From contig OZ024755.1 of the NCBI GenBank assembly GCA_964016885.1, forward strand, positions 9,920,001 to 9,984,000: a stretch of 64,000 bases of DNA, read 5' to 3'. The DNA comes from Eledone cirrhosa (lineage: Eukaryota). Positions 24,791 through 38,838 of the stretch are shown here, in pieces. Position 1 is the stretch's first letter. Every line of letters begins with the position of its first letter. A program made the translations under genes and the position numbers. The notes below the pieces were generated by a model that saw nothing but the letters and a program-made list of their open reading frames with translations, was not told where the DNA came from and made no database searches.

Positions 24791-26680
24791 TTGCAGACTC
24801 TTACATCTGATTATCTGATATCTCTTCTTGCCAACTATATGAAATGATGCTATCTGGAACCAAGTATTCTCTAAACTCCGTGTCAGACTTCTAGCATGTA
24901 CTATAAAGGAACCCTTTAAAAAGTGACATAAAGATTAAAGGCAGTCAAGTACTACAGAATAAAGCATTTAGTGCAGAGACCCTGAAAATATGGTGCCCAT
25001 CACAAATGCTACCCCCCTTGCTACTGGGTTAATCCAGCAGTGTCTAAACCACAAGAGACCGTCGACAATGGATTTAATCTTTCAGTGACTTTTTTAATAT
25101 TTAAATCACATATTTCTTGAATTTTTACTAATCCTTTTCCTCTGCCAGCTCCTAATCTGTGAGAACTAACAATGACTTGAAAAGACGATCTTAAAATGTT
25201 TGTGTATCTAATTAAAAGACATTGCCCTAGCACACCTACAAACCACTGACTGTGGTAGAAAACTAATTAAAGAGCTAATGAGATTTGTATGTAATTCGGT
25301 AATAAATAAAGAGTCAATTATCAGAAGATAATGCAGACGACATCTAATTAAAAAATGAATATTATTTTCTCACTAATATATTCAGTTTCTTAGGTGAATA
25401 TAATAATTTCATTAAATAATAACATTTTCTGTGTGCAACCCTCCTACAGGCGGAATTCCATTCCTTAAGCGGAAAGAAACTAACACAAAGAAAAATATTT
25501 CGGTCAATCCTACATATTTATTATTCGTTTGATAAACGACGTATTAGTCGCTCGATTAAACAAACAGTTTAACTTAACAGGTTTTTATTCTTCGTGCGTT
25601 CATCCTTCATCGTAAAAAAATTTTGTCTGCTAGGAAAAATTATTCCCCTTACGTTAATTTTTATTGCATTTCTATCCATCCGTACATTGAGAGAACATCT
25701 AAGTGTATGTCATGTATGGAAGTAGTAAGATCGGTTGTGTTGTGTTTAGAAGTTGTTGAGGAAATATTTAACTATAACACTCCACATATCCAACAAGCAG
25801 TAGCTCCTTTATAACTTAGAACCAACTTGGATTTCTATCTAACGACGTAGTCGACGAATGTGTACAGAAAAAAAAATCTGGTCACATGGCTAAACCACCA
25901 GTTGTTAGTGACTAAACAGCGTCATGCGAACCTCTATACTTAACTCACCAATGCTGTAAGTCTCAATTACTTTTATTATAAACGTTTTTAATGGTAAAAT
26001 AATTGTTTGATTCCCAAAGAAACTATTTATTTCTATGTTTATTCTATTAATAGCCTGATATTTCAATAGGGATCGTCAATAACAATCTTTCTATTCTCGG
26101 AGTAGTTAGGAGGAGGAGCACACCTCGTGGCTATTAGCTAAGCAAAATATTTTATAATAATAACAGTATGGTTAACAAACATAGAAAGATTAATGTCTAC
26201 ACATCAATACTCAAAACCTATACACTATATGTTTTAATTTTTAGGATTCCTTGTGTGTTATTTTTCTTGTTAGTAATTTCCCAATTCTCGTCATCTGTTT
26301 TTCTGTCTCGGTATATATATATATATATATATCTCCCTCGTCAATTTCCGCCTCTCCTCTCTATTCTCACATAAAATCCTCATCTGTTGACGTGTTACGT
26401 GCACACAGACGCATTACCATACAACAAACACACACGCACTCATATATTTTTATCATATATACTATATACATTTACATACACATAACACATAAATATACAT
26501 ACAGGCAAGATTTCATAAACACAATCATAGTTTTCGGTTTTCCTTAAATACACACACATTATATATATATATAATCACTACATATCGCTATATATACACA
26601 TACACACACATATATATCGCTATATTATATACACATATATATAATATATATATATTTATATATCGTTATATTAGACAAAC

Positions 26681-26714
<34 letters not shown>

Positions 26715-27239
26715 TTATATTAGACAAACATGTATATGTATATATTTATATATAAATACTACAGATCATTACATACGAATTTTGTCCACTTTTATTTTCT
26801 TTAAAGCATTAATATTATGAATGTTTCTACTTTTCCTTTTCTTCCGAGAAAAATATTTTCAATATAAATTGTGATTATTGTCTGACAGGATATATTTCTG
26901 TGAGGAATATGAAACTAAATGTTCGTTCCTTTCAGTTCTACGTTTCGTAATTAACCGATTTACGTATATACATTTTTAGATGTGTCTAATCTTTACTTTT
27001 ACTTACGTATACACACCCACACACACGCATATATAAATATATATATATATATATATGTGTATGTTATGTGTGTATATATATGTGTATGTTATGTGTGTAT
27101 ATATATGTGTAAATACACACACACACACATATATATATATATATTTGTAATAAATATCTACTATAAAAACATTCTATACAAGTCTTAATTAGTTCGATTA
27201 TTTTAGTTTATATATATTGCCATTGGGAACGCTTTCTTC

Positions 27240-27450
27240 TTATTTGGCAGAATCGTTAGAGCATCAAACATGTGTGGCATTTAATTACATCTCTTTACAT
27301 TCTGAGCTCAAACCCCACCGAGGTCGTCTTCGCCTTTCATCTTTCTGGTGTGACGGTAAAAATAAAATACCTGTCAAATATTGGAGCCGATTTATTCGGC
27401 TTTCCCTTTCTCCAAAATTGCTGGCCTTGTGAATAAATCAGAAATTATTT
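27240..27450 (+). mobile_element. SINE family A (long form)
   Basis: tggcagaatcgttagagc...tctgagctcaaaccccaccgaggtc...aaattgctggccttgtg. Confidence 0.8.
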
Positions 27451-27801
27451 TAAGGTGCAGAGATGAAAAAAAATCACCTGTAAACTAAGACAGTATGGGA
27501 GCCAGCGGCGACAATTATAAAAAGAATAACGAAAGCTATATAATTTTTTTTAGTACAAAATAACAGTTTCGTTTGATTAATGTTATTAAATATTAACAAA
27601 CAGTTTGTAGATTTTGACTAACAACCTAGTTTCCCCCTTAACAATATATCTCGATTATGTGGTAGACACTTTTCTTACGCCATCTATATAACTATTTAAA
27701 AATAGACAAATTACTTCATATTTATTTCACTCTGCATCTGTATTCTCCACTTCCGACTAATACTTCAATATTTTATTTTTTCATTCTACATATACACACA
27801 T

Positions 27802-27852
<51 letters not shown>

Positions 27853-28552
27853 CGGAATTCGTTTATAAACCGATGTCCACCATAACTCTACCATCAGTGA
27901 ATTTTGTTCCATGTAATAATCTCGAGACTATGTATATATATATGTATATATACATACGTATATTTCTTCCTGTCTTCTGTGAGCTCCCTCCCGATTGTGC
28001 TTATTACTTAAAAATTTGAATGATGTATTGTAGGTCAGAAGTACCGCGTTGATGTTGACCTATATCTTTTGGGAGCTCTAACATTACGAAACCAAATTAG
28101 CATGAGGACTGAAAACAACACAACAGTTCATTCCACAACAACACAACTATTAAAAGAGGCTGTTGCTATTACAATAGAAATAGCTATGCAAAGCTCTACC
28201 TACTCTCTTCCTTAGTCAGGAGTCTTTTTCTTTCTTCCTTTTGGTTTGTGTATAAAACCTGAACGTGTCCCACATTAATAATTAAAACAAGACACTTTTA
28301 TTTTGTACAGAACTATTATTTATTAGATATAGGCCTATATTGTTAAAGAGCGAAAATGTAGGACTCAATTTGTTCAAAATCTATGTAACATATTTCTTTG
28401 GCTTATTCTCTTTTCTTATTCTTTATATGAATGTATGTAGTTTATAACATGAACTCACAAGGAAAGATGTCATTGTGTAATTTGTATATTTAGGTGGGTG
28501 TTTCACGTGAATTTGCGTAAACATTCCATTCTCTCTCTCGCCCTCTCTCTCA

Positions 28553-28760
28553 CCTTGGGCAAGTCTTCTGATATAACCTCGGGTTGTCAGTGGAATTTGA
28601 TAGACGGAAACTGTGAAGAAGCCTGTTGTATATATATATATCATGGGTGGATTCCCGATGGGTATCAGGTGATGACTACAGTTAAAAAAGTAGTCAATAC
28701 GTTAGTAGAGTACAAGTTACTTTATTTTATAGAAACGACTTCTACAGGTCTAGGACTGTT

Positions 28761-28797
<37 letters not shown>

Positions 28798-29050
28798 TTT
28801 ATAAGTGGAATGTGATAGACGGAAACTGCAGAAGTACATGGTGTGTGTGTTCATGTTGTGTCCCTTTATCTATTAACACGCAATGGTTCGCCAAATAGAG
28901 ATCCAATAAGATAGGTACCAGATCGAAATAAGTACTGGGAAGGTGGGGGTGTGGAGGCTATATGATATACGATCGATTAAAACATCTATGGGATAGGGGG
29001 CAGTGCCCTAGTGTAGTAACCACAGTACAGGATATTGGCTCAAACCAGTA
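28553..29050 (+). mobile_element. CORE-like SINE fragments (family E)
   Basis: ccttgggcaagtcttct...gatagacggaaactg..gaagcc, an internal microsatellite, then aataagtactggg...; related pieces at 36820-36960 and 46615-46900. Confidence 0.5.
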
Positions 29051-30064
29051 TGTATATATATACATACACAGTTAGTGTACGCACATGTGTGTGTGTGTAT
29101 ATACATATATACACTAGCTGTAAATATTAGTGTTCCTTCAAATATTTTATTATACACCGCTCCTAGTTTTTTTTTCTATTCTGTAATAATGCTATTTTAT
29201 ATTACTAAATTATATTTATTTGTCTACTGATATTTCACCGCTCCCAGTTTTTTCTTCTCCTTCTCTTCCCTTCAATTTAACAGCGTTTGTCTGATTTAGT
29301 TTGTCAAGTTGATTGCCTTACTCATTGTACCAACATATACATTAGTATGTATGTATATATGTATTATCATGTATGTGTGTCTTGTTTCTTCCCTCCTTAA
29401 TCTAATTTAATTGTTTACTCCATCTAGCATTGTTCTTGTCTTATTTCCACTGTGAAGAAGAAATTAAGAACAAATGTTGAACACACACACATATTGACGT
29501 AGGTGTTTAAAATACCACTGTACTTAAAACATTCAAGCATTAACTAAATGAGCACTCAATACGTACAAGCACAGTGTAATTTTTATTTTCTGGAGAGAAA
29601 GGTGGCTGTAAATATCTATCTATCTATGGCTATTCATCATCATCATCACCACCACCTTATAGCAACAGTGTGTGTGTGTATATATATATACATATACATA
29701 CATACACATACATATAAGGTAATGCTTACCAGATGTATTTAAAGTGGTGAAATAGTTAATAGAATGAAAATGTGAATACTTTTAGGGAAGGGTCCTCTCT
29801 GTAATATATAGCTCTCACTCTGTATGTATCTATCTCTCTCTACATATATATGCACACACATATGTGTATATATATATATATATGCATACATATATGCAAA
29901 CACACACACATGTATATATGCATACATATATGCACATGTACATATATGCATACATGTATGCATATATATAGATAATTACTCACACACATATGTGTGTGTA
30001 TATATGTACATACATACATCTATATATGTAATTTAAAAAAGTGTAAATGTTTTAATTCGTAAAG

Positions 30065-30205
30065 TTGGGAGAATTTCCCTTTAGTCACCTTGTTAACGTG
30101 ATCGCTGAATGCCTTGATGACGTCATCAGTTGTGTGCCAAGAGAAGTCACATGGGTGTTTTCCTTGTCTGTTGTTGCTGCTGCTGCTCCATTATCAGGTG
30201 AAGCA
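30065..30205. promoter_or_regulatory. Candidate enhancer motif cluster (CRE, kB-like, E-boxes)
   Basis: 14-bp palindrome TGATGACGTCATCA (30115-30128), gggagaatttccc (30067-30079), gtcacatg and caggtg in unique CpG-retaining sequence. Confidence 0.3.
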
Positions 30206-31844
30206 GTGGATACACTCTCTTCCCTTCGCTCTCTCTCCCAACATTTAACGAATTATAATATATATATATATACACACACACACACGTATTTAAAGTAATT
30301 TCTTTTTTTATGGTCGTGGATTAGGATGGGCGATAGACCGTCGGATAGAATCCTTTGCGGTATTCGTTCCGGCTCTCTGCGTTCTGAGTTCAAATCCCAT
30401 CGAAATCAATTTCGCCTTCCGTCCTTTCGAGATCCACAAATCAAGTACTGGGATTCATCTTCCTCTTATCTCTCTTTGTCTGGAAGAAATCGGCTATAAA
30501 CAAACCTGGAGATGGATGGGTCCCATCAGGTTTGAAATGCCCCAAACGTCGTCACAACGGCGTCCCTACAACTCTAGAACGAATGGATTTTCTGTTTTAC
30601 TCCTTCATTTTACATCTTTTGTGCAACTCCCTGTGACACTTATTCATTTATATATGATTATTAAACAACTATTTGTGTTTTACGTGTCCCAGCCGTAATG
30701 TATTTTGAGTTCAAATCCCACCCAGATCAACTTAAACGTTCCTTCTCCTGGTTCAATAAAATAGATACCAGTCATGTACGGTGGTGAATTCAAATGTTTT
30801 TACCACACCCATGAAATGTATGTCTTATTCCCATATAAGGAATCGTGTGTGTGCGTTTCATGTCATATACTGGTAGTTAAGTTTCCAGAGTTTAATTCCA
30901 TTTCATGGCATCTTAGGCTAGAGCCTTGGATCACTGTGGTTGAGTATTCCTCAGGCAAACATACCCTTAACATAAATCTCAGGGAGATTGATTGTGACAC
31001 TGTGTGTGACAAAGCTGTCCTGTTCAATTACAAATTCAGTCCATCTGACAGGCTTCCAAACGGTTGTTGATCACCCAATTTCACCAACAAGGCTTGGGTC
31101 AACCTGAAGTTATGGTAAAATAAACGTTCACATTATGCCCTCCAAAATCTGTTCACCCCCACACTATGAGCACAACAGGAAATTAAGAAGCATCTGGAGT
31201 TTTTATTTTAGAACTGCTTCCACAACTTATATCTGATATTAGTATATTTTGCTAAATCTGTTGTAGTTTCTTAATTCTCATACAGTGGAACCTCTCACTA
31301 GAATTGGTCACAAAAACTAATAGTGTTTATAGAGAATACTTAAGATTGCATACAGGAACTGGCTCAGCAACAATGAAGTCCTGCAGGGTGTTTGTGTCAA
31401 AGTCTTCAGTAAATTGTGGGGTAGAATGAAGACTGAGACATGCAAGACATGTATTTTGAATGTCAAAGTGATGGTTAGCTAGAACTGTGATGGTTTGTGT
31501 GCCATGAGAGGGTAGAATGAGACATAAAGGACTTGTATTTTGATTGTCAGAGTGATGGATAGTTAGACCTGTGATGGTTTAGGTATCACCAGAGAGAAGA
31601 ACAAAGGAAACCTGGTGTGATACTTTCAATGAAGACTTAAAAACAGCTTAACATCAGATGGGAAGAGACAGGAGATGAGTGAAGACAGAATTGGGGTGAT
31701 AGTCAACATCTTGATGGTCTTTGTCTAGGAAAGAAATGTATGAGTGGAACTAAATATTAAATATGGTCAATAGCTCAACACATTAAACAGCAGATGAGAT
31801 GAAGGAGAACATCAGTGAACACAGAACTGGGATTTTACTGTCCA

Positions 31845-32085
31845 ATGCCTGGGACATTTGTATTGGAAGAAATAGATACTAAGTAAATATTACACATCTT
31901 ATAGAACTGGTATAATGGGCAACATCTTGTTGTACTGTGTCTTGTGTTTGGAACATTTCTACAGGAGGAACTAGATACTAAGTAAATATTACTCATGTTA
32001 TAGAACTGGTATAATGGGCAACATCTTGTATTCTGTCCTGCTTCTGGCACATTTATACAGGAGGATCTAAATGTTTAAGTATATA
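31845..32085. repeat. Tandem repeat (~90-100 bp x2.5)
   Basis: tagatactaagtaaatattac.cat.ttatagaactggtataatgggcaacatcttgt repeated. Confidence 0.8.
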
Positions 32086-32278
32086 TTCCATGTTTCTATT
32101 TTTAGTTGAAGTATTTTTTCGTGATTTCCTCATATGGGCTTGAGATGTCGAGGTGGAACTAAATAGTAAAAACAAAAACTTAGGAATGAAAGCTGACTGT
32201 CTATAACTATTTCCTCAGTCTCCCTTTTAGCTTGTTAGTGTTACTCTGGTTATTGTTACTGTTCTTGTTAAAATATGC

Positions 32279-32499
32279 ATAAACCTTTAGTATTTAAACC
32301 AGCCATATCCGGCCAGAATTCTCTCACCTCTTTCTGTTCAAACCAGCTGTAACTGGCTGCTCATACTGATGTTAAGGCATTGTTCTCAAAATAAATAATA
32401 TCAAAATTTCATGGATTTGATACTATGTGAGATAATATATAGCCTTTATATTGAAAATACTATAGTGAATATAGAGTAATGTAAATACTAAAGGATTAA
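32279..32499 (-). mobile_element. piggyBac-like MITE family B
   Basis: Reverse complement of 23955-24181 / 38839-39053. Confidence 0.8.
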
Positions 32500-32666
32500 G
32501 TTTGAAAATGTCGGAATCTCAACTATAGAAAATAACTGTAACAGTCAATCACTCTAATTAATAACTTAGAAAACTAGATAAAAATTACTTCCATAGAGGG
32601 AAAAAAGTGGCCAGCATCATTAGGAGTATTTCTACCCAATTTTCTAAGCTATTATTTACAACAATC

Positions 32667-32766
32667 CCGCCGAGGTTAACTTTGCCTTTCATCCTTATGG
32701 AGTCGATAAAATAAAGTACCAGTAATACACTGGGTGATTGCTGGCCTTGTGCCTAACGTAGAAACA
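32667..32766 (+). mobile_element. 5'-truncated SINE family A
   Basis: 16-bp TSD attatttacaacaatc (32651-32666, 32767-32782). Confidence 0.9.
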
Positions 32767-33157
32767 ATTATTTACAACAATCAACTGTTGTTAGAGTTAT
32801 TTTCTCTGTTTGGGATTCCCATATTTTCAAATTTCAAATTACTCAGTGTTTTAATAATTCATAAGACATTAAGTTGAAAAAACAAATTTTCACGGACATG
32901 AATACTTGTTGTTAGTTTTGTATTTATATTCAGTGCTTCACTCATAAAACATATATTAAATTAGAAAAACACATTTTCCTGCACATAGATACTTGCTAGA
33001 TATATATATATTGAGAGGTCAAGTGGAGGAAATTCCAATTTAATTTAGTTTAATGTCATACAATTAAAACTGTAATATATATATATAGGGTGTGGTAAGG
33101 TACCAGGTGGACCATAATGCAACATAGTACTCAATACTTAGGGTAGTAGAGTGGGTA

Positions 33158-33268
33158 ATAGGAAAAGAGTCAGGATCCCGATGACTGAGCTCCGACCGTT
33201 TCAACAGCTAGATCTGGATCTAGCTGTTGAAACAGCCGGAGCTCAGCCATCGGGGTCCTGACTCTTTT

Positions 33269-33273
<5 letters not shown>
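33158..33273. repeat. 116-bp GC-balanced palindrome (57-bp arms, 4 mismatches, 2-nt loop)
   Basis: ataggaaaagagtcagga...cagctagatc-tg-gatctagctg...tcctgactcttttcctat. Confidence 0.95.
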
Positions 33274-33310
<37 letters not shown>

Positions 33311-33878
33311 GTTTATAGGTTGACCAAGATACTCTCATGGAATGACCAAATGAGGTTTATTTTTCAACACAGTCCCTGGAAAGAAGCAATGCAGTTATTG
33401 ATATGAAGAGTTGAAATTAATGCATTCATTCCTTCATAATCAGCCTATGCACTTTCCAGCTCACCCGTGTATATATATATATATATATTTCTGCCACCAA
33501 TGCAGTAATTGTGACAATATATCCTGATGTTTCCATTACAGGAATATTGATATGTTGTTTAAATTGCATGTGTCAACAGCTATAAAATTAGATTTGTTTT
33601 TATTTCCTCTCATATTTAGATTTGTTCAGCGAGCTAGTAGGTTTTGTCTAGAGTACAAGTTGTTTGTATTATATCTAACAGGTGATCTCATGTTCAGATT
33701 TACATATATTGTCAACGTACAAAATGAAAATTATTTGTTTTTATTAAACTTAGTGTGTATTTTTGGTTTCTTGATATATTATTCAACAGAATGCTAACCT
33801 TGCTTTTGATGATGCTTAACCTCTGGGGCTTTGTTGGGAACAATTGTTTTGTGCTATCATATAACTTTATTTCATAAA

Positions 33879-34165
33879 CAGTGCAACCTCAGTTCACAAA
33901 CAATTTTGCCAAACATAAAATGTCTCAGTTGACGAATGGTGTCTCGAGTAATGAACACACAAGCTGGCAACAATAGTTGGCGACAAGCTGGGAGTATCGG
34001 CAGGAAAGCGTCACTTGCTGTGTAGTTAGTTACTACATACAGTTTCTCTCACACTGTGTTTCTCTCTTAACATTTCGTATGGGAAAAATAGTTTCGGTTT
34101 ATGAACATTTCGAATGACAAACAGTCTTCAGGAATGAATTAATTTCATAAACTGAGGTTCCACTG
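33879..34165. mobile_element. Tigger/pogo-like MITE
   Basis: TIR cagtgcaacctcagtt / aactgaggttccactg-TA. Confidence 0.75.
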
Positions 34166-35769
34166 TACCACACAAAACCACATTAGCACAACAGCCTTGA
34201 AAAGTACAAAACAGCACTATGACTGCATCACATTCAACATCAAAGTCTTTACTGTAATACAGCAAACGTTTACAATAATCTGTTCAGTAGTAAAGATACT
34301 ATAAATATTTGAATTGATGAACCTGTTCTTATATATTTTCTGCTAAATCATTACAGGATGTTAAGAGTTAATGAACAAATTCCATAAGGAGTGATCCTCC
34401 ACTGTAAATCTTAACTCTAGTGAGACCATGAATCTCCACCATGGAATTCCAAGACATAGGCTTGGGCAAAGGAGAACAAGTAGTTGTCCATGTATGTATA
34501 TGAGTCTCGTCTCTCCACAACACTGATGTTCTCCAAGAGAAAGACAAGGGTTGATACAGCTTAGATATGTCACCGCAGGCATTGCTGCCAAAGTATTAAG
34601 AGCTGATACACTAACAATTCTACCAATTCATGGCCCTCAAATGGGATTGTTAATAGCAGCAATATCTAACATTCTCTTCCTACATATATCTATTTACTCC
34701 TTGTCTCTCTAACTTCTGTCTCTCTAACCATGGAAAATCCATCCATGGGCCCTTAACTGCTACACTTGTTGTGACATATGTCTTGTGCATTTAAAACCTG
34801 ATGGAACCCATCCATTTCCAGGTTTGGGAGGACAGTAGCTTCGATTAAGCACTGACTTGGTTTGTGACAACCTTCCCAACCCATGTTTCTCCATGGACAT
34901 TGAAAAATGGACATTAAATGATGATGATGATGTATATGTATATATATATCATCATCATCATCATCATCAAATGGTTAAAAAAGGAAGAAAACAAAAGAAA
35001 ACAACAAAGTAGTAAATTCTGTATATCCAATAATTATTAACTCATTCAATTTGCCTGCCAAATCAGTTCTTTCATTCATACATTTCTGTGTTGTAGGTTT
35101 AATTACTATTTCATTCATGTTGGTGTTCTGTGACTAGACACATTCCTCTAATATTTACAACTGATGCTTCTACTCCCACACCTTGCCCATTCATTAAAAT
35201 ATATGAACCACATAGCTATTCTGGACCTGTTCATACACACTTTGGCCTACTTACACATTCAATATTATTGGTTTTAACCATTTCATTACCACATTTCTTA
35301 TGAAATATACTTTAAATTTATAAAGATTTACTTAAATTATTAATTATTTCATTATTATTATATTTAGAATAACTTAAAAGTTTTTTCTATCAAATTTGAT
35401 ATAAAAATCTTTTGTTAAGTTATGTTTCATTGTATTCAATGTGTTAATGACAATTTTGGAAGAATTTGGTCAAATTATTTCTTCATTATTAAGATACATT
35501 AGGATGATGGATTGGCAGTATCAGTAGAGCATCGGACAACATGCTTTGCGGCACAGAGTTATGGCCCTTCACATTCTGATTTCAAATCCTGTGAAGTTTA
35601 ACTTTGTCTTTCATCCTAATAAAGTACCAGTTACAGACTGGGTTCGATTTAATTGATTTTCTCCTTCTTTTCAAATTGCTGGCCCTGTGCCAGATTAAAT
35701 TATAATATTTGTGACAAATAGTTGTCATTTAAAATTATATTGAAAGATTTTAATTTAAATAGAAGCCCA

Positions 35770-35951
35770 TTAACTCTTTAGCATTTAAACCGGCCGTATC
35801 TGGCCAGAATTCTCTCACCTCTTTCTGTTCAAATTGGCTGTTACCAAGGCATTGTTCTCAAAATCTCATAGATTTGATATTATGTGAGGTAAAGCCTTTA
35901 CTGTGAAAATACAATAGTATATATAGAGTAATGTAAATGCTAAAGGGTTAA
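35770..35951 (-). mobile_element. piggyBac-like MITE family B
   Basis: TTAA-ctctttagcattt ... gctaaaggg-TTAA. Confidence 0.85.
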
Positions 35952-36287
35952 AATGGGCAGTTTTGTTTCGTGGAACCAGAGGCAAGGTTTGGGACAGGTT
36001 GGTATGGAAAGGGTTAACCAGTAATATGACCGATAATAGTTGACCCAGATCAACAGTTGTAGGCATATGTTGATGGCTTGTTGGGATTGGTCAGGGCTGC
36101 TATAGTTTTCTTGGTTGCTAATTGTATTGCACTGATTTTCCTTGTTGCCAATAGTGATGAGTTGATCAACCATAAATGACTGCAACTGACCTTGTGATTT
36201 CTACCGTTGTTCTGCTATCTATGAATGAGCTTCACTATTCATATATATATATCTTTATGTGTGTGTATCTATCAATCTATCTATCTA

Positions 36288-36328
<41 letters not shown>

Positions 36329-36569
36329 GTGTGGTGTGTGTGTATGTATATATGTGTGTGTATAGATGTATATTATATCTGAGTATATATGTGTGTGTGT
36401 ATGTATATATGTATATGTGTGTGTGTATACATATATGTATGTGTGTGTGTGTGTGTGTATATATATATGTATGTATATGTGTGTGTTTCTATATATGTAT
36501 ATATATATGTATATATACACATATATATGCCACTTATTTCCCCTTAGTTGGAAGTATTTCAACATGAGG

Positions 36570-36611
<42 letters not shown>

Positions 36612-37677
36612 AAAACATTGGCAATAGCAACATTAACTGACTGACGCGGCTTTATTTATCCATAATTTATACTAATATTGGTTTGTTAATATTTAATGAT
36701 GTCACACACAAGTGGTACAAATATTCTTGTACATTATTTTTAAAAAACATGGTAACTTTTAAGAGTTCTTTAAAGACATCTGTGTTTTCCAGTCTTTTTT
36801 TTTGTTTTGTTATACTCTTTCACTGATTTCAGTCATTAGACTGTGGCAATGCTGGAGCAAAGCTTTGTTGGGATTTAGTTGATTATATCGACTCCAGTAC
36901 TTATTTTCCCAAGTCTGGTGCTTATTTTATTAACCTCTTTTTGTCAAACTGTCAAGTGATAGAATATAACACATAGACATTAAGTCAAATGTAAAAACAG
37001 ACACACACATCCTTACACATACACATACTCTCTCTCTCACGCATATATAAATGAATATGTCTCCACTAATGCATACATACCTATATATATATAGGTATGT
37101 ATACCTGTATGCAGCTGTCCAATTCATTCACTCTTGATAACCCCCTATTTTCTTTTTTTTTCCTCCTTTCTTCTTCTTCCAACCTTTTCTTTCTCCTAAC
37201 TCCACTCTCTTCTTTTTTTAGTGAAGGACTACCATCTGAGACGTTGAAGACAGTCCTTTTTTTCCTCTTCTTACAAGCTTTAACCTAATGATACATTTTG
37301 TAATTGTTCACGTGTTGAGGAAAAATGAGAGTGACTGGATGAAAGGAATAGAGCCAGTTATGAGTGTAAATAGAAATGGAATGAGATGCCTGGGTCATGT
37401 GTTGAGGAAGGATGAACGTGATTGAATGAGAGGAACAAGGATCCCTCTACATTTTCTCAGTTTGTTCATCCATCATTTTACAGGGGTTATTGAGTATGTT
37501 CTATTGTGACCCCAACACTAGAGAGGTTGTCTTGTCTCCTCCTCTGCAGACTAAAAGAGACCTCTCAACTACATGCTGTCTCCATGTGTACTTTAAGCTT
37601 CTCTGTATTGTTGCTGGTGGGCGGCTCTTTTCTACAGCAGGTCTTCCTGTTAACTCAATCCTGTCATTTCCTTCATG

Positions 37678-38155
37678 AGATGTACAGCTACACTCACTCT
37701 TATACTCACACATGTACAGCTACACTCACTCTTATACTCACACATGTACAGCTACACTCACTCTTATACTCACACATGTACAGCTACACTCACTCTTATA
37801 CTCACACATGTACAGCTACACTCACTCTTATACTCACACATGTACAGCTACACTCGCTCTTATACTCACACTTGTACAGCTACACTTGCTCTTATACTCA
37901 CACATGTACAGCTACACTCACTCTTATACTCACACATGTACAGCTACACTCACTCTTATACTCACACATGTACAACTACACTCACTCATGTACTCACACA
38001 TGTACAACTACACTCACTCCTATACTCACACATATAGTTACACTCAGTTATACTCACACATGGACAGCTACACTCACAGTTATACTAACATGGAGAGTTG
38101 CACAGCTACACTCACACATGTATAGCTACACTCAGTTATACTCACAGTATACAGC
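37678..38155. repeat. 32-bp minisatellite (~14 copies)
   Basis: Unit tgtacagctacactcactcttatactcacaca; period confirmed at 37681/37713/37745. Confidence 0.95.
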
Positions 38156-38302
38156 GCCATTAAAAGAAACTCACTAACAAATGTATGCATATGTATGTGT
38201 ACACACTCACACGCACACACACATACACACACACATACACACACACATACACACACACACACTCTGATATACAAGACAGCAAAACTTTACTATAATCAAC
38301 TT

Positions 38303-38480
38303 ACAGAACCTCCTACTACACATACATACACACCACCTCACAGAACCTCCTACTAACATACATACACACACACATACATATACATACAAACACCACCTCA
38401 CAGAACCTCCTACTACATATACGCACATATACATACACACACGCATATATACATACATACACCACCTCACAGAACCTCTT
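38303..38480. repeat. Variable-length minisatellite (acagaacctcctacta..(CA/TA)n..caccacctc, x4)
   Basis: Direct reading. Confidence 0.85.
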
Positions 38481-38838
38481 ATTGACTAATATAACTTCCT
38501 TTCCTCCCCACCACTCATACTTATAGGGTCAAGGTCTCTAAAATTTATATTATGAGAAAACAGGGACATATAGCATTCAATCAGTAAAGGGTGGTGTTGG
38601 TGTTGGTGATGGTAGTGGTGGTGATGATGGGTGTGTTGGTGTTTTATGTATGTGTATGTGTTGTTACACATACAAGCTGCTTGCTACTGGCCTTACCTTC
38701 TACTCACATACACTGTTACCTTACCTGACTACTCCCGTACTCCTTAAAACCCCACACCTCTGAAGGAAATGACTGGAATTGACAGGAAAACTTGCTGTAG
38801 TAGAAAAGAGCCGCCAACCAGCAACAACACAGAGAAGC

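Noticed and set aside
25021-25233. 70-aa minus-strand ORF as a terminal exon
   Set aside because: No recognisable motif, and the length is expected by chance.
28102-28215. Short ORF MRTENNTTVHST... resembling a receptor N-terminus
   Set aside because: Stops after 37 aa, with no donor site or transmembrane segment.
37506-38177. 223-aa ORF
   Set aside because: Translation of the 32-bp minisatellite, open in all three frames.
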